Shown: positions 1-9,921 of the stretch, one piece after another
Layout: every line of letters begins with the position of its first letter
How positions within the stretch are numbered: position 1 is the first letter of the stretch
Source of the DNA: Acidobacteriota bacterium
Lineage (GTDB): Bacteria > Acidobacteriota > UBA6911 > RPQK01 > JAJDTT01
Assembly (NCBI GenBank): GCA_965263035.1
Contig: OZ253580.1
Coordinates: forward strand, 1,408,001 to 1,472,000
DNA length: 64,000 bases
Direction of reading: 5' to 3'
Notes under the pieces: generated by a model
The model's database searches: none
What the model saw: the letters and a program-made list of their open reading frames with translations, nothing else
Told to the model about the DNA's origin: nothing
Program-made: the position numbers and the translations under genes

Positions 1-69
1 GCAACCCAGCTCGACGTCGTCGGGATGCGCGCCCACGGCGAGAACGTCGACTCGTTCCTGTTCACACAT
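1..69 (-). CDS. bshB1: Bacillithiol biosynthesis deacetylase (PIG-L/LmbE family), N-terminal fragment at window edge
   Basis: Reverse strand reads MCEQERVDVLAVGAHPDDVELGC (AHPDD motif); overlaps the bshC stop. Confidence 0.8.
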   Translation of the reverse strand, partial: MCEQERVDVLAVGAHPDDVELGC

Positions 70-1702
70 GGATCACCTGGTGGCCCATACAGAAGGGGTC
101 GATCGTTTCCAACAGGCCATCGATGAACCCGGGTCCCTCTTCCATCAGGAACTGGTTGAAGTTGACGACCCGTTCCTGCAGCTTCTCCTCGGGATGAAGA
201 CGGGTATGAAGATAGTCCAGATGACGGCCGGCGACGCGGTCGCGGTTTCGATAGTTTTCCAGAAATCGGTTCTCCACCCGGTCCATCTGATAAAAGACTC
301 GCTTCCAAGCCCTGGGAACCATCCTGTCGAGACTCGGATCGACGCGGACAATGTCCCCCTGTAGCCGAGTCAGGCTCTCCCTGACCACTTCCGAGATCCG
401 GTCGAACTCGTCCAGGACGTGCTTTGAAGCTCCTGTCCTGGCGACACGTTGGGTGATTCGGGAGGCGCCCAGGGTGAGCAGCTCGACCAGATCCAGCGAG
501 TGCTTTTTCAGCAGCCGCTGGGACTTCCGGTCCACTACCGTTACCCCGACCCTGGGGAACACGCAGCACTGAATCTTCCAGTAGGGACTGATGGCGCCGA
601 TCTGACTGAAGTAGGCGACCTCCGCCGGCCCTCCCACGTAAGCTACGGTAGGGAAAAGGTGGTCCTGAATGATGGGCCGCAACAAAACGTTGGGACCGAA
701 CTCACCAACTCCGGTTCGTATCCGTTCCAGCAGCTCTTCCGGCCGCAGCCGGAGAGAGCGGCTACCGCGGCTCCAATAGGCTCCGGATCGGTACTCCAAC
801 TTGTAACGCCGTCTCCCCTCGAGCCAGAAGAGGAGTGACTCTGAGCTGTCCACGGGCACCTGCACGCGGTGGCCATCCGCCTCCAGCTTCCGCCCGCGGG
901 TCTGCAAGGAGCGGATCAGACGTTTCCGCTCCAGGACCGCCGTCTCGAAGACCTGTCTCAACGCGCCCTTGTATCCGGGTTGGAGCGCGTCGAAGAGAAT
1001 GAGCCCCTGGTTTCGAAAGAGCCGGGCGAGCCAACGGCCCTGGGCATCGGTAAAAGGCGTGCCGGGCGCGAAGGCCGATTCGAGGGTTCGAAGGATCGCT
1101 TCCTGACACTCGGAAGTGGGAGCGCCGTCCTGGAGCCTCTTCAGGGGATCACCCACCGATTCCAACGAAACCGTGCCCACCATGGTTGACGAAGGGGGGG
1201 AGGGACCGGAATAGTCCAGATGCAACAACGATCCCTGCGGACCGAAGAAGGCTGTGGAACGGGATTCCAGAAAATCAGAGTCATCGGAAGGAAGCCAGAA
1301 GACGGGAACCGCCGGACACCCCTGAGACTCCAGGACCCGGGCCAGGCTCACGGCGGTCAGCGCCTTGTAGACGGAGAGGGCCGGTCCGCCGAAGAGGCCC
1401 AGCTGTTGGCCCGTCACCACAGCCACGGTCCCCGAATCCCGCAGCTTCTCGATATTCTCGCCGGTGGAGGGCCCCGAGCCCACCCGGGCATTGAAATCGT
1501 GCAGCATCCGGACGAGACTCTCGCGGGGCAACCGGGAGTCCCGTCCCCGCGCGGCCTCGGCCCGTTGGCGCAGAGCCTCCGGGCTGGTGTGCGCCGGTCC
1601 GGCCGGATAGAGCGGTGAGACCCGGTCGAAATCGTGCAGATACTGGAGAAAAAGCCGACTCTGCCCCGGCAACCGGCGGCGGTCGAGACGCTCGACTCTC
1701 AT
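62..1702 (-). CDS. bshC: Bacillithiol biosynthesis cysteine-adding enzyme
   Basis: 546 aa; VVTGQQLGLFGGP, PVFW, PNVLLRPIIQDHLFPTVAYVGGPAEVAYFSQ and LQERVVN motifs. Confidence 0.93.
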   Translation of the reverse strand: MRVERLDRRRLPGQSRLFLQYLHDFDRVSPLYPAGPAHTSPEALRQRAEAARGRDSRLPRESLVRMLHDFNARVGSGPSTGENIEKLRDSGTVAVVTGQQLGLFGGPALSVYKALTAVSLARVLESQGCPAVPVFWLPSDDSDFLESRSTAFFGPQGSLLHLDYSGPSPPSSTMVGTVSLESVGDPLKRLQDGAPTSECQEAILRTLESAFAPGTPFTDAQGRWLARLFRNQGLILFDALQPGYKGALRQVFETAVLERKRLIRSLQTRGRKLEADGHRVQVPVDSSESLLFWLEGRRRYKLEYRSGAYWSRGSRSLRLRPEELLERIRTGVGEFGPNVLLRPIIQDHLFPTVAYVGGPAEVAYFSQIGAISPYWKIQCCVFPRVGVTVVDRKSQRLLKKHSLDLVELLTLGASRITQRVARTGASKHVLDEFDRISEVVRESLTRLQGDIVRVDPSLDRMVPRAWKRVFYQMDRVENRFLENYRNRDRVAGRHLDYLHTRLHPEEKLQERVVNFNQFLMEEGPGFIDGLLETIDPFCMGHQVIHV

Positions 1703-1723
1703 GCGGCCGCCAGTTTAACCGAA

Positions 1724-1761
1724 AGTCCCGCGCGGCACCGGGACCGATGCCGCGCGGGACT
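1724..1761. repeat. 14-bp perfect inverted repeat related to the MITE-B terminus
   Basis: AGTCCCGCGCGGCA-N10-TGCCGCGCGGGACT; the left part GAAAGTCCCGCGCGGCACCGGGACC resembles the MITE-B end at ~16733. Confidence 0.55.
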
Positions 1762-1870
1762 CTCATCAGGGACCTCCGGGAACAGAGTCCGCAGTGTCAT
1801 GCCCCTCGAGATGACCGACGACAATCGCCGGCATCTCCATGAGACGCAAGCCTTTTGGAGGGACGGTCTG

Positions 1871-2185
1871 TTACGGGCGCTTCGCCTTTTCCTCGGAAGG
1901 GGAGGAGGGGGCCTTGACCATGATCCGGTCCCTGAGCCTCAGAAAGGTCTTCTCTCCGATGCCACGGACGTTCATCAGATCTTCAATCCGCTTGAAGGCT
2001 CCGTTTTTCTCCCGGAACGTCACGATTCGTCTGGCGATTGACGGTCCGACGCCGGGGAGGGTGTCCAACTCTTCCACGGTCGCCTGATTCAGATCCAGCT
2101 TGTCCGCAGCCGCGGCATCCGGACACCAGAGCCAGGGCATGGCCATCAGCAAGGTCGAGAACAACAGAATCTTTCGCATGTGCAC
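1871..2185 (-). CDS. comEA: ComEA-family helix-hairpin-helix DNA-binding protein
   Basis: Signal peptide, then LDLNQATVEELDTLPGVGPSIARRIV and VRGIGEK HhH motifs. Confidence 0.88.
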   Translation of the reverse strand: MHMRKILLFSTLLMAMPWLWCPDAAAADKLDLNQATVEELDTLPGVGPSIARRIVTFREKNGAFKRIEDLMNVRGIGEKTFLRLRDRIMVKAPSSPSEEKAKRP

Positions 2186-2208
2186 CTCCTTTGGTTTGGG
2201 TTTGGGGC

Positions 2209-2796
2209 TTATATATCTGACTTGACATCAGCACACAGTTCCGGCGCCACGCTCGGCCCACTGGCCCACGTTTCGGCACCCAGGGCAAGAACCCCCGCCC
2301 TGAGAATGTTCAGGGCTGCATTGTGGTCCCTGTCCATTCTGAGATCGCAGGCTGAGCAGCGATACGTCTCGCTCCTTCCCGGTCGATACCGGGCACCAAA
2401 ACGGTGACAGTCCTGCGACGTGTTTTGTGGGTTGACTTCCACGAACTCCCGACCGGCCCACTCTGCCTTGTATCGGAGCCGGGGATACCCAGGATTCTCT
2501 CCAGCCTTGCAGCGCCGGAAGAAGGCCTGGAAGGCTCGCTCCTGGCGAAACCACATCCCCCTTTCGGCCTTGACGGCAATGGCCCCGAGCCCGTCCGGAT
2601 CGTTTCTCCGCTGCTGCGTCAAACCCCGCATCTGGTCATATAGAGTCACGGATTTCTCTTCCTTCTCCCAGGTGTCCTTACGCTCCTCCAGGGCGGAGTT
2701 GTAGAGGCGGTTCAAAACCGATCTGATCCAATCCAGATGCCGAAACCCTCCCTTGGACATCTTGGCTCGGCACTGAAATATTGTGTGAACCTTCAT
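2209..2796 (-). pseudogene. tnpB: Internally deleted TnpB (IS200/IS605 family)
   Basis: N-terminal HTH/REC (LYNSALEERK...GENPGYPR) is joined directly to LRYKAEWAG...NTSQDC...CSAC...DRDHNAALNI; RuvC-I and RuvC-II segments are missing. Confidence 0.85.
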
Positions 2797-2890
2797 AGTG
2801 AATGCGAAAACACATCTCTAGGACGATCTGTCAAGTTAGATAAATGAGCCCCTTGGGTTTCCTATCTGAGCCTAACGCTCCAGATGGAAA
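2222..2890 (-). mobile_element. IS605/IS1341-like remnant
   Basis: Right-end-like GATGTCAA ends at 2222 on the minus strand; imperfect hairpin TTTCCTATCTGAGC..GCTCCAGATGGAAA at ~2858-2890 upstream of tnpB. Confidence 0.55.
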
Positions 2891-2912
2891 AAACGCGAAG
2901 CGGAGCGGCGGT

Positions 2913-4166
2913 TCACCCGCCAACTGGTGCGTGGACGCCGTTGCAGAGGTAGTCGAAAATTTCGTAGTTCCGGGCTCCGTGGGCCGCCCGGGTCCGGTAC
3001 TCGTCGCTCAAAGGCTCGGAAAGCAGCATGGGGACCATCTCTTCATGGCGTCCGCCGTGGGACCTTAGAGGTTGGTTCAGGACGCTCAGATCATGGTCGG
3101 CAGGGGTCCTGCCGATGACGGCGCCGGCGTCCGCCATCACGACCAGATCGCCGATGCGGTCGGCCGGCAAGTCCAGTTCTCTCGACGCCGCAGTGCGGTC
3201 GTAGACTTCGTCGATGCCGGGCAGCCGGCGGATCCAAGCGGCCACGGCAGCGGTCTTGAGCGGTTCGGTCACGTGCACCATGACCGCCGAACCCAGAGAG
3301 CCGTGGTGAACGACGTAGGGGTCCGTGATGGGACAGACCACTCGGTTTCCCTCTCCGAAACGATCTCTCAGCAGAGATTCGAGATAGACGACGTTGGGGC
3401 TCCCGTCGGGCCGGGTTTTGGCATTCATTCCGTGGTCAGCCGTCACTCCAACCCGGGCGCCGGTCTCCAGCAGCGCGCCGATCTCCCGGTCCAGCGCCTG
3501 GTGGAAATCCAGTGACTCGGAAGACTCGGGAGGGTACTTGTGCTGCATGTAGTCAGTCAGGGAGAGGAAGAGAAAATCGACCATATCCCTCTGGATGAGT
3601 CTGGCCCCGGCCGCCAGCACGAAGAGGCTGGCGTCGGCGCTGTAGATCTCCGGCTGTGGCCTGCCCACCAGGTCTTCCAGGTTCGCGATGCCGTGGGTCT
3701 CGACGGAGGCGACGGCGGCTCGCTCGGAAGAAAAGGCGATTCCGTTCAGGCCTTTCGTGAGCAGGTCACGGAGTTTCTCCTTGGCCGTCACCATAGCCAC
3801 CTTTCTGCCGGCACGGGACGCCGCCGCCAGAATGGTGTCGCACCGGACGTAGCGGGATGAGTTCATCATCAGTTCCCGGCCGGTCCGCGGATCGAGAAAG
3901 AAGTTGCCGCTGATACCAGTCACGGACGGGGGGACCCCGGAGACGATGGCAGCATTGTTCACGTTGGTGAAGGAGGGGAGAGCGCCCCGGACCACGGACT
4001 CGAATCCACCTGCGGCCAGACCGTCCAGATGAGGCATGCGGCCCCGACGCCTGGAGACCTCCAGGTACTCGGGCCCGCAGCCATCGATGCAGACCACCAC
4101 CAGGGGCTTGGCCGGAGGCCGGTATTCCCGCCCGTTGACCCGGAAAGGTGTGGTGCTGATCCGCAT
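2913..4166 (-). CDS. phnA: Phosphonoacetate hydrolase
   Basis: VVVCIDG, PSFTNVNN, LTDYMQHKY, TADHGMNAK, PITDPYVVHHGSLGS and LRSHGG motifs; start taken at MRISTT (4166). Confidence 0.92.
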   Translation of the reverse strand: MRISTTPFRVNGREYRPPAKPLVVVCIDGCGPEYLEVSRRRGRMPHLDGLAAGGFESVVRGALPSFTNVNNAAIVSGVPPSVTGISGNFFLDPRTGRELMMNSSRYVRCDTILAAASRAGRKVAMVTAKEKLRDLLTKGLNGIAFSSERAAVASVETHGIANLEDLVGRPQPEIYSADASLFVLAAGARLIQRDMVDFLFLSLTDYMQHKYPPESSESLDFHQALDREIGALLETGARVGVTADHGMNAKTRPDGSPNVVYLESLLRDRFGEGNRVVCPITDPYVVHHGSLGSAVMVHVTEPLKTAAVAAWIRRLPGIDEVYDRTAASRELDLPADRIGDLVVMADAGAVIGRTPADHDLSVLNQPLRSHGGRHEEMVPMLLSEPLSDEYRTRAAHGARNYEIFDYLCNGVHAPVGG

Positions 4167-4176
4167 CAAGCAGCCG

Positions 4177-4992
4177 TCAATTGGAGAAGTACCAGCGCAG
4201 AATCTCGGGACCCCAAAGGGCGGCCGCAGCCGATGCCACACCCAGGAACGTTCCGAACGGCAACGGGTAGCTCCGTCGCTTGGAGCGGGCCCGCATGTAG
4301 ATGGAGCCCGCGACGGCTCCCACCACCGAACCCAGGAAGACGCTCAGCCAGGCACACTTCCAGCCCAGGAAGGCGCCCAGCATGGCCGTCATCTTGACGT
4401 CGCCGAATCCCATCCCGTCGATGCCTGAAAAACGGCGGTAGAGGGCGGCGATCAACCAAAGAAAGCCACCTCCCACCCCGGCTCCCAGGAGGGAGAATCC
4501 CAGGTGGTCCCAGGCCGGGAGCGACGCCGTCCTCGCCTCCCAGTGGAAGAAATCCGGATCCTGAAAAGGCGACAGGAGGACACCGGCCGCCAAACCTCCG
4601 AGCGTCAGGACGTCGGGCAGGATCCGATGGTAAAGGTCGATGACGGTGAGAGCCAGGATCAACGCCAGGAACAGGCAGCTGACCACAAAGGCCGAGGACC
4701 AACCGAACCGCATCCAGGCGGTGACAAAAAGAGCTGCGGTCGCGGCCTCCAGCAGCGGGTACTGGAGAGAGATGCGCCGGTGGCAGGCGCGGCAGCGGCC
4801 CTTGAGGAGCAAGAAGCTCAAGACCGGAATGTTGTCCCCGGCCGATATCGGTTTCGAGCAGTTCGGGCAGCGGGAGCGGGGCCGAATGACCGACTCCCGG
4901 CGCGGGAGACGGTGAATGCAGACATTGAGAAAGCTTCCGATCACCAATCCGGCCAGGGCCGGCACGACTGCGATCCAATCCATCTCCCGCAA
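4177..4992 (-). CDS. pilD: Prepilin peptidase (A24)
   Basis: GSFLNVCIHRLP, two CxxC pairs, GMGFGDVK, PFGTFL. Confidence 0.93.
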   Translation of the reverse strand: MREMDWIAVVPALAGLVIGSFLNVCIHRLPRRESVIRPRSRCPNCSKPISAGDNIPVLSFLLLKGRCRACHRRISLQYPLLEAATAALFVTAWMRFGWSSAFVVSCLFLALILALTVIDLYHRILPDVLTLGGLAAGVLLSPFQDPDFFHWEARTASLPAWDHLGFSLLGAGVGGGFLWLIAALYRRFSGIDGMGFGDVKMTAMLGAFLGWKCAWLSVFLGSVVGAVAGSIYMRARSKRRSYPLPFGTFLGVASAAAALWGPEILRWYFSN

Positions 4993-5053
4993 TTATACGC
5001 GTGGCTTGGCAGGGTCCGGTTGCACCAGGAGACGGAGCTGCCCGAATGCCGGA

Positions 5054-6739
5054 CTATTCGCGGCGGGCCAGTACGATGTCGTTGTTGTCGACGATGGTGT
5101 ACATGGCCTTCTCCAGGTCGGTCACGGCCTGTTGATAGTCCACCCGAGCCCTCAGCTCCTGCACCTGCGCGTGGCTCAGGTCCCTCTGATAACGGAGCAC
5201 TTCGAAGTTGGTGGACAGGCCGGCCTGGAAACGCTTGTTCTCGCCCTCCAACTGGGCCTCCGAGAGCTGGCGCGCAACCCCGGCCGCTTCCAGGCGCTTC
5301 CTCTGGGTGGCGATGGTCTCGTAGGCATTGCGCACTTCCACGATGATCATCTGCTGCTGGTTCTTCAGTTGACTGGCAAGCCGGCGATCCCGGATCAGGA
5401 TGCTCGCTCTCTCCGCCTCGTTGGCCCGGTTCTTCAGCGGGATCTCCACGCTGACACCGAGAGTGTAGTTGATGTAGTCGAACCCGAAGACCTGACCCCA
5501 CGAATTTCCGAAACCGCCGTAGAACGGACTCCCCTGCTGAGGCACGTTCTGCATTCGGGTGTCGGGGACGCCGTCCCCATCGGTATCCACGAACTCGCTT
5601 CCGAACACCTCTCCGGCGCGCCCCGTATTGGTCAGGCTCGCCACCAGGTCCACGCTGGGTCGTCCATCCTTTTGAAAGAACTCCCGGTCCACCTCGACCT
5701 GTTCCCGTGCCAACTGATTTTGTTTCAGTTCGGGACGCCTCTCCATGGCCCTGGCGATGGCCTCATCCAGAGTGATCACCAAATCCTGGACTTGAGGACG
5801 CTGGGTGGGGATCAGCGTCAGATTCCAGATGGACGCCGTCGGGTCCGGCGCCAGATAACGCTTGAGTCCGTTCTGGGAGGTAATGATCTGAACCTCCGAC
5901 TGGATCATCTCCTGCTCTCGCGTGGCCACTTCGGCCCGAGAGGCGGTGACTTCGATGGGCGCCATGACGCCGATCCGGACCCGCTTCTGATTGTTCTCGT
6001 GCTGGATGATGGCCAGCTCCATGGACTTGCGAATGGCTTCGTAGCTTTCGATCGCGAACACCAGTTCCCAATACTGATTCTGCACCTGTTGGACGATCTC
6101 CGACACTTTCTGTTGAAACTGGCTGTCGTTGATCTCGGTCTCCAGGTTGTAGATCCTGAGCTGGCGCCGGGTCCAGGTCTCGCGGAATCCCCTCAAGAGC
6201 GGCTGGCGCAAGATAACCGCGATGTTGGATCCAAAAGAGGGATTCATGAAGGAAAAGGAACTGTTGGTGCTGAAACGGTTGTTGTTGAAGTTCAAGGTGA
6301 GGCTGCTTCCGTTAGGCAGATTCTGCACCAGCGAGCTGTCGAAATAGATCCGGTCCGTGGTGTTCACCGGAATGCCCTGACCCGCGTCCAGGATGGACCG
6401 AGCCGGATTCTCAGTGGCCGCCCAGCCCACCTCGAATTGGATCCTGGGATCGTAGAAGCCCTTGGTTCCAAAGATCAGTTGTCGGTTCAGATCCTCGTTG
6501 TAGTCCTCGATGGAGATCTCCAGGTTGTTGATCAACGACAGGCGGATGGCGTCCTTGACACTCAACTCCCGTACCGGTTTCTCACGGCGCATCCGATCCG
6601 CCCACGACTCGGGCCGGTCGATTTCCGGCATCTTTGGCCCGGTCTGATCCGTGGCCGCCTTCCCTTGAGGGCCACCCCGCAAAAAGGACACGGCCAATAC
6701 GAGAAAGATGGGAAGAATGATTCCTGTGACGATCTTCAT
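5054..6739 (-). CDS. TolC-family outer membrane efflux protein
   Basis: Signal peptide; two OEP-like repeats (QPLLRGF...YWEL; GLSTNFEVLRYQRDL). Confidence 0.85.
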   Translation of the reverse strand: MKIVTGIILPIFLVLAVSFLRGGPQGKAATDQTGPKMPEIDRPESWADRMRREKPVRELSVKDAIRLSLINNLEISIEDYNEDLNRQLIFGTKGFYDPRIQFEVGWAATENPARSILDAGQGIPVNTTDRIYFDSSLVQNLPNGSSLTLNFNNNRFSTNSSFSFMNPSFGSNIAVILRQPLLRGFRETWTRRQLRIYNLETEINDSQFQQKVSEIVQQVQNQYWELVFAIESYEAIRKSMELAIIQHENNQKRVRIGVMAPIEVTASRAEVATREQEMIQSEVQIITSQNGLKRYLAPDPTASIWNLTLIPTQRPQVQDLVITLDEAIARAMERRPELKQNQLAREQVEVDREFFQKDGRPSVDLVASLTNTGRAGEVFGSEFVDTDGDGVPDTRMQNVPQQGSPFYGGFGNSWGQVFGFDYINYTLGVSVEIPLKNRANEAERASILIRDRRLASQLKNQQQMIIVEVRNAYETIATQRKRLEAAGVARQLSEAQLEGENKRFQAGLSTNFEVLRYQRDLSHAQVQELRARVDYQQAVTDLEKAMYTIVDNNDIVLARRE

Positions 6740-6774
6740 TGCATCTCCTGGATAGCTCGAGACTCGGCAAACTT

Positions 6775-6828
6775 TGGTGAAGGTCCCCGCACCATTCGAC
6801 GGTTGCCATTGGGGACTTTCACCACGGA
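6775..6828. repeat. Short hairpin carrying a MITE-B-type terminal repeat
   Basis: TGGTGAAGGTCCCC...GGGGACTTTCACCA; the 17-nt GGGACTTTCACCACGGA is identical to the MITE-B end at ~26184-26200. Confidence 0.55.
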
Positions 6829-7020
6829 ATGTACCACGAGGTTCCACCCTTATGGTGTACGAACGACACGGGAAGATTGTTTCAACAACCTGGAGGTGGG
6901 GTTAAGGGCTCGAAGCGCCGGCCACCGGGGGAGGACCCTCCCAGGAGCCGGCGCTGAAGGTGGTCGCGGCATTCGACCGGCGCTACGCGGAACCTGCCGG
7001 AGACGCCGGAATGCGTGCCG

Positions 7021-8127
7021 TCAATTCTCGGACTCAGGCTCAGACTCGGGCTCGGACTCGGACTCGCTCGGCCGCGTCCGCTTCAGGGAGGGCCGCTTCA
7101 ACGTCGGTCGGTCGCCCTTCAACGTGGGCTCTTCCCGATCGTCCCGGTCGTTGGTCCGACGCTTCAAGGTGGGGCGGGAAGCGCCGCTCTTGGTTCCGCC
7201 CTGCCCCGGACGGATCTCCGCACGATCCATCTGGATCAGCCGCGCCTTCACCCGGTCGAACTCGGAAGTGCTGACCACGTACTCGTCCTTGGCCGGCAAA
7301 TGCGAGATCTCCTTGTTCACCTGGGTGATCCGGTTCTCGAAGGAGGGGTGAGTCCGAAAGAAGCTGGCGAACTTGCCGGGCCGGTTCTTGTCCTTGGCCT
7401 GCATCTTCTCGAAGAAGGAAATGAATCCCTGCGGGTCGTATCCCGTATTCCAGAGGTACTGGGTCCCCAACTGATCGGCTTCGACCTCCGACTTGCGGGT
7501 AATGCCCAGAACCGCCAGGTTCATGCCCATTCCCAGCCCCTGATAGAGCGCGTACTGAGCCCAGCCACCGGTGAAGATCAGGGCCGGCAGAGCCGCGAAC
7601 TGCATGAGTTGGCCCTTGGTCATCCTCTCGGTGGCATGCCGGGCCGTCACGTGGGCGATCTCGTGAGCCATGACCCCGGCCAGCTCGGCCTCGTCCTCGG
7701 CCTCCAGGATCAGCCCCTTGTTCACGAAGAAGTAGCCGCCTGGCAAGGCGAAGGCGTTCACCTCTTCGGAATCGAGCACGCGGATCACGAAGGGAACTTT
7801 CGCGTCGGAGTTCTTCACGATGTACTGTCCCAGTCCGTCGACGTACTCGATCACTACAGGATCTTCCACCAGCCGGGCAGTCTGCTCGATCTGCTGGGCG
7901 TACTGGGCGCCCAAATGGATCTCCTTCTCCAGCGACACGAAGTTCGGGAAGATCATGGCTACCTTCCCGTTGATATCCCGGTTGCCGATATTTTCCACAT
8001 CCCCGTGTTTGCGCCCGGATTGTGTCGGCACGTTCGCCAGCAGCACCAGGGCCACGGTCACGAGAGTCAATGGGATTCTGGTTCGTTTGGTCATGGTAGC
8101 GTCCTCATGAGGGTTAGGGACTGACAT
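7021..8127 (-). CDS. M48-family metalloprotease
   Basis: VNAFALPGG, HEIAH (HExxH), EVEADQLG and RTHP motifs; low-complexity C-terminus; start uncertain. Confidence 0.9.
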   Translation of the reverse strand: MSVPNPHEDATMTKRTRIPLTLVTVALVLLANVPTQSGRKHGDVENIGNRDINGKVAMIFPNFVSLEKEIHLGAQYAQQIEQTARLVEDPVVIEYVDGLGQYIVKNSDAKVPFVIRVLDSEEVNAFALPGGYFFVNKGLILEAEDEAELAGVMAHEIAHVTARHATERMTKGQLMQFAALPALIFTGGWAQYALYQGLGMGMNLAVLGITRKSEVEADQLGTQYLWNTGYDPQGFISFFEKMQAKDKNRPGKFASFFRTHPSFENRITQVNKEISHLPAKDEYVVSTSEFDRVKARLIQMDRAEIRPGQGGTKSGASRPTLKRRTNDRDDREEPTLKGDRPTLKRPSLKRTRPSESESEPESEPESEN

Positions 8128-8229
8128 TCAGTATATCCGTAGTCAGGCAGATCTGCCAAGAACACGCCGGAACCGTTACGGTCTTTCCATGTGCGCCGCA
8201 TCTCTGCTAACTTCCTTCACCATATTCCG

Positions 8230-9921
8230 ATGCTTCCACAAGCTTCCGGGTTCAATAGCTCAAGGCCACCCGTCTTCCTCGGCGGAGAGGTCCGCTCCTG
8301 GGTCAAGATACTGACCGCGTCCCAGATGGGGACCGTGGACCGGCTCACCACCCGGGACTGCGGACTCCCCAGCCTGCTGTTGATGGAAAACGCCGGGCTG
8401 AACCTGTATCAGGTCCTAAAATCCCACTTCGGGGAACGGCTTGCCAGCCGCTCCACCGTGATTCTCTGCGGCAAAGGGAACAACGGCGGAGACGGTCTGG
8501 TCCTGGCGCGCCAATTGGCGCGCCGCGAATCTTCCCCGACGGTGGTCCTGCTCTGCAGACCCGGGCAGCTGCGGGGAGACGCCGCCGTCCAGTTGAAGGC
8601 GTACCGGAAATCCGGTGGAGAGGTGGTGTCCGTCACCTCACGGGAGGAGTGGACGAAGGTTGCGCCCATCCTCGGCAGCTGCCGGATCTTGGTGGACGCC
8701 CTCCTGGGAACCGGGCTCGGACGTCCCGTAACCGGACTGCTCGCAGAGGTGGTTCGGGACGTCAACGGCAGCGGCGCCTTCGTGCTGGCCGTGGACATCC
8801 CGACGGGTACCCCCTCCGACGGCCTCCGGCCTATCGGGCCCTCGGTCCGGGCTCACGCCACCGTCACCTTCACGGCCCCCAAGATCGCCCACATTCTTCA
8901 CCAGGAGCCGGAGACGTTCGGACAGATCTACGTCACTCCCATCGGGACGCCCCTCCAGGTGCTGGATACACCGGAACACTTTCTGAACCTGATGATGCCT
9001 GCCCGGATCCGGGCGGTCCTGCCGGCCCGAAAGGCGTTCTCCCACAAGGGCACATTCGGGCATGTGGCGGTCATTGCGGGGAGCCGGGGCAAGACCGGGG
9101 CCGGCGCCCTGGCCTCCCGAGCCGCGTTGAGATCCGGGTCCGGCCTGGTGACGGGCTTGGCCCCCGACGCCGTCCAACCACTGATGGCCTCCTTCCAGCC
9201 TGAGATCATGACGGAAGGGGTGCCGTCCACGCCCGCTGGAACCTTGGCCTCGTCCGGAATCGATCGCATTCTGGAACTATTGGAGGGCAAGGACGCCGCC
9301 GGCCTGGGGCCGGGCCTGAGCACGGAGAAGGAAACCGTCGACGTGGTTCGCCGGCTGACGCGGGAGGCCGAGGTTCCCCTGGTCCTGGATGCCGACGCCT
9401 TGAACGCCTATGCCGGCCGGGCCCACGAGTTGGTCAACCTGAAGGGGCAACCCCTCGTCATCACTCCCCACCCGGGCGAGTTTGCCCGCCTGACGGCCCA
9501 TTCCATTCCGCAAATTACGGAAAACGGGATCTCCATCGCCCGCGAGTTCGCCCGGAACCGGAATCTCTGGCTCGTGCTCAAGGGGTTCCGGACCCTGGTG
9601 GCGTCGCCGGACGGCCAAGTCTATGCCTGTCCGCTGGGAAACCCGGGAATGGCCACCGCAGGAAGCGGCGACGTCCTTACGGGCGTGATCACCTCTTTCC
9701 TGGGCCAGTATCGGGCCCAGGCCCGCGTCTCTCCGCCGCAGACCACCGACGCCGTCGTCACCGCCGTCTACCTCCATTCCCTGGCCGGCGATCTGGCGGC
9801 CCAAACGCGGGGGATGGACTCGCTGGCGGCCACAGACATCATCGATCACCTGGGATCGGCCTTCCTCCAGCTGCGCGGCCGTGGAGGGCGGCACAGCGAC
9901 CCGGTGGGAAATGCGGGCTAG
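8230..9921 (+). CDS. nnr: Bifunctional NAD(P)H-hydrate epimerase/dehydratase
   Basis: LMENAG, CGKGNNGGDG, DALLGTG, HKGTFG, DADAL, TPHPGEF, MATAGSGDVL; start uncertain. Confidence 0.93.
   Translation: MLPQASGFNSSRPPVFLGGEVRSWVKILTASQMGTVDRLTTRDCGLPSLLLMENAGLNLYQVLKSHFGERLASRSTVILCGKGNNGGDGLVLARQLARRESSPTVVLLCRPGQLRGDAAVQLKAYRKSGGEVVSVTSREEWTKVAPILGSCRILVDALLGTGLGRPVTGLLAEVVRDVNGSGAFVLAVDIPTGTPSDGLRPIGPSVRAHATVTFTAPKIAHILHQEPETFGQIYVTPIGTPLQVLDTPEHFLNLMMPARIRAVLPARKAFSHKGTFGHVAVIAGSRGKTGAGALASRAALRSGSGLVTGLAPDAVQPLMASFQPEIMTEGVPSTPAGTLASSGIDRILELLEGKDAAGLGPGLSTEKETVDVVRRLTREAEVPLVLDADALNAYAGRAHELVNLKGQPLVITPHPGEFARLTAHSIPQITENGISIAREFARNRNLWLVLKGFRTLVASPDGQVYACPLGNPGMATAGSGDVLTGVITSFLGQYRAQARVSPPQTTDAVVTAVYLHSLAGDLAAQTRGMDSLAATDIIDHLGSAFLQLRGRGGRHSDPVGNAG

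Noticed and set aside
2209-2796. Active compact Cas12/TnpB nuclease
   Set aside because: Two of three RuvC catalytic segments are deleted and a zinc ligand is lost.
7025-7070. GACTCG/GGCTCG short repeats
   Set aside because: They encode the low-complexity SEPESE tail of the M48 protease.
4916-7351. 811-aa plus-strand ORF
   Set aside because: Antisense shadow of the TolC and M48 genes; no motifs; typical of high-GC DNA.
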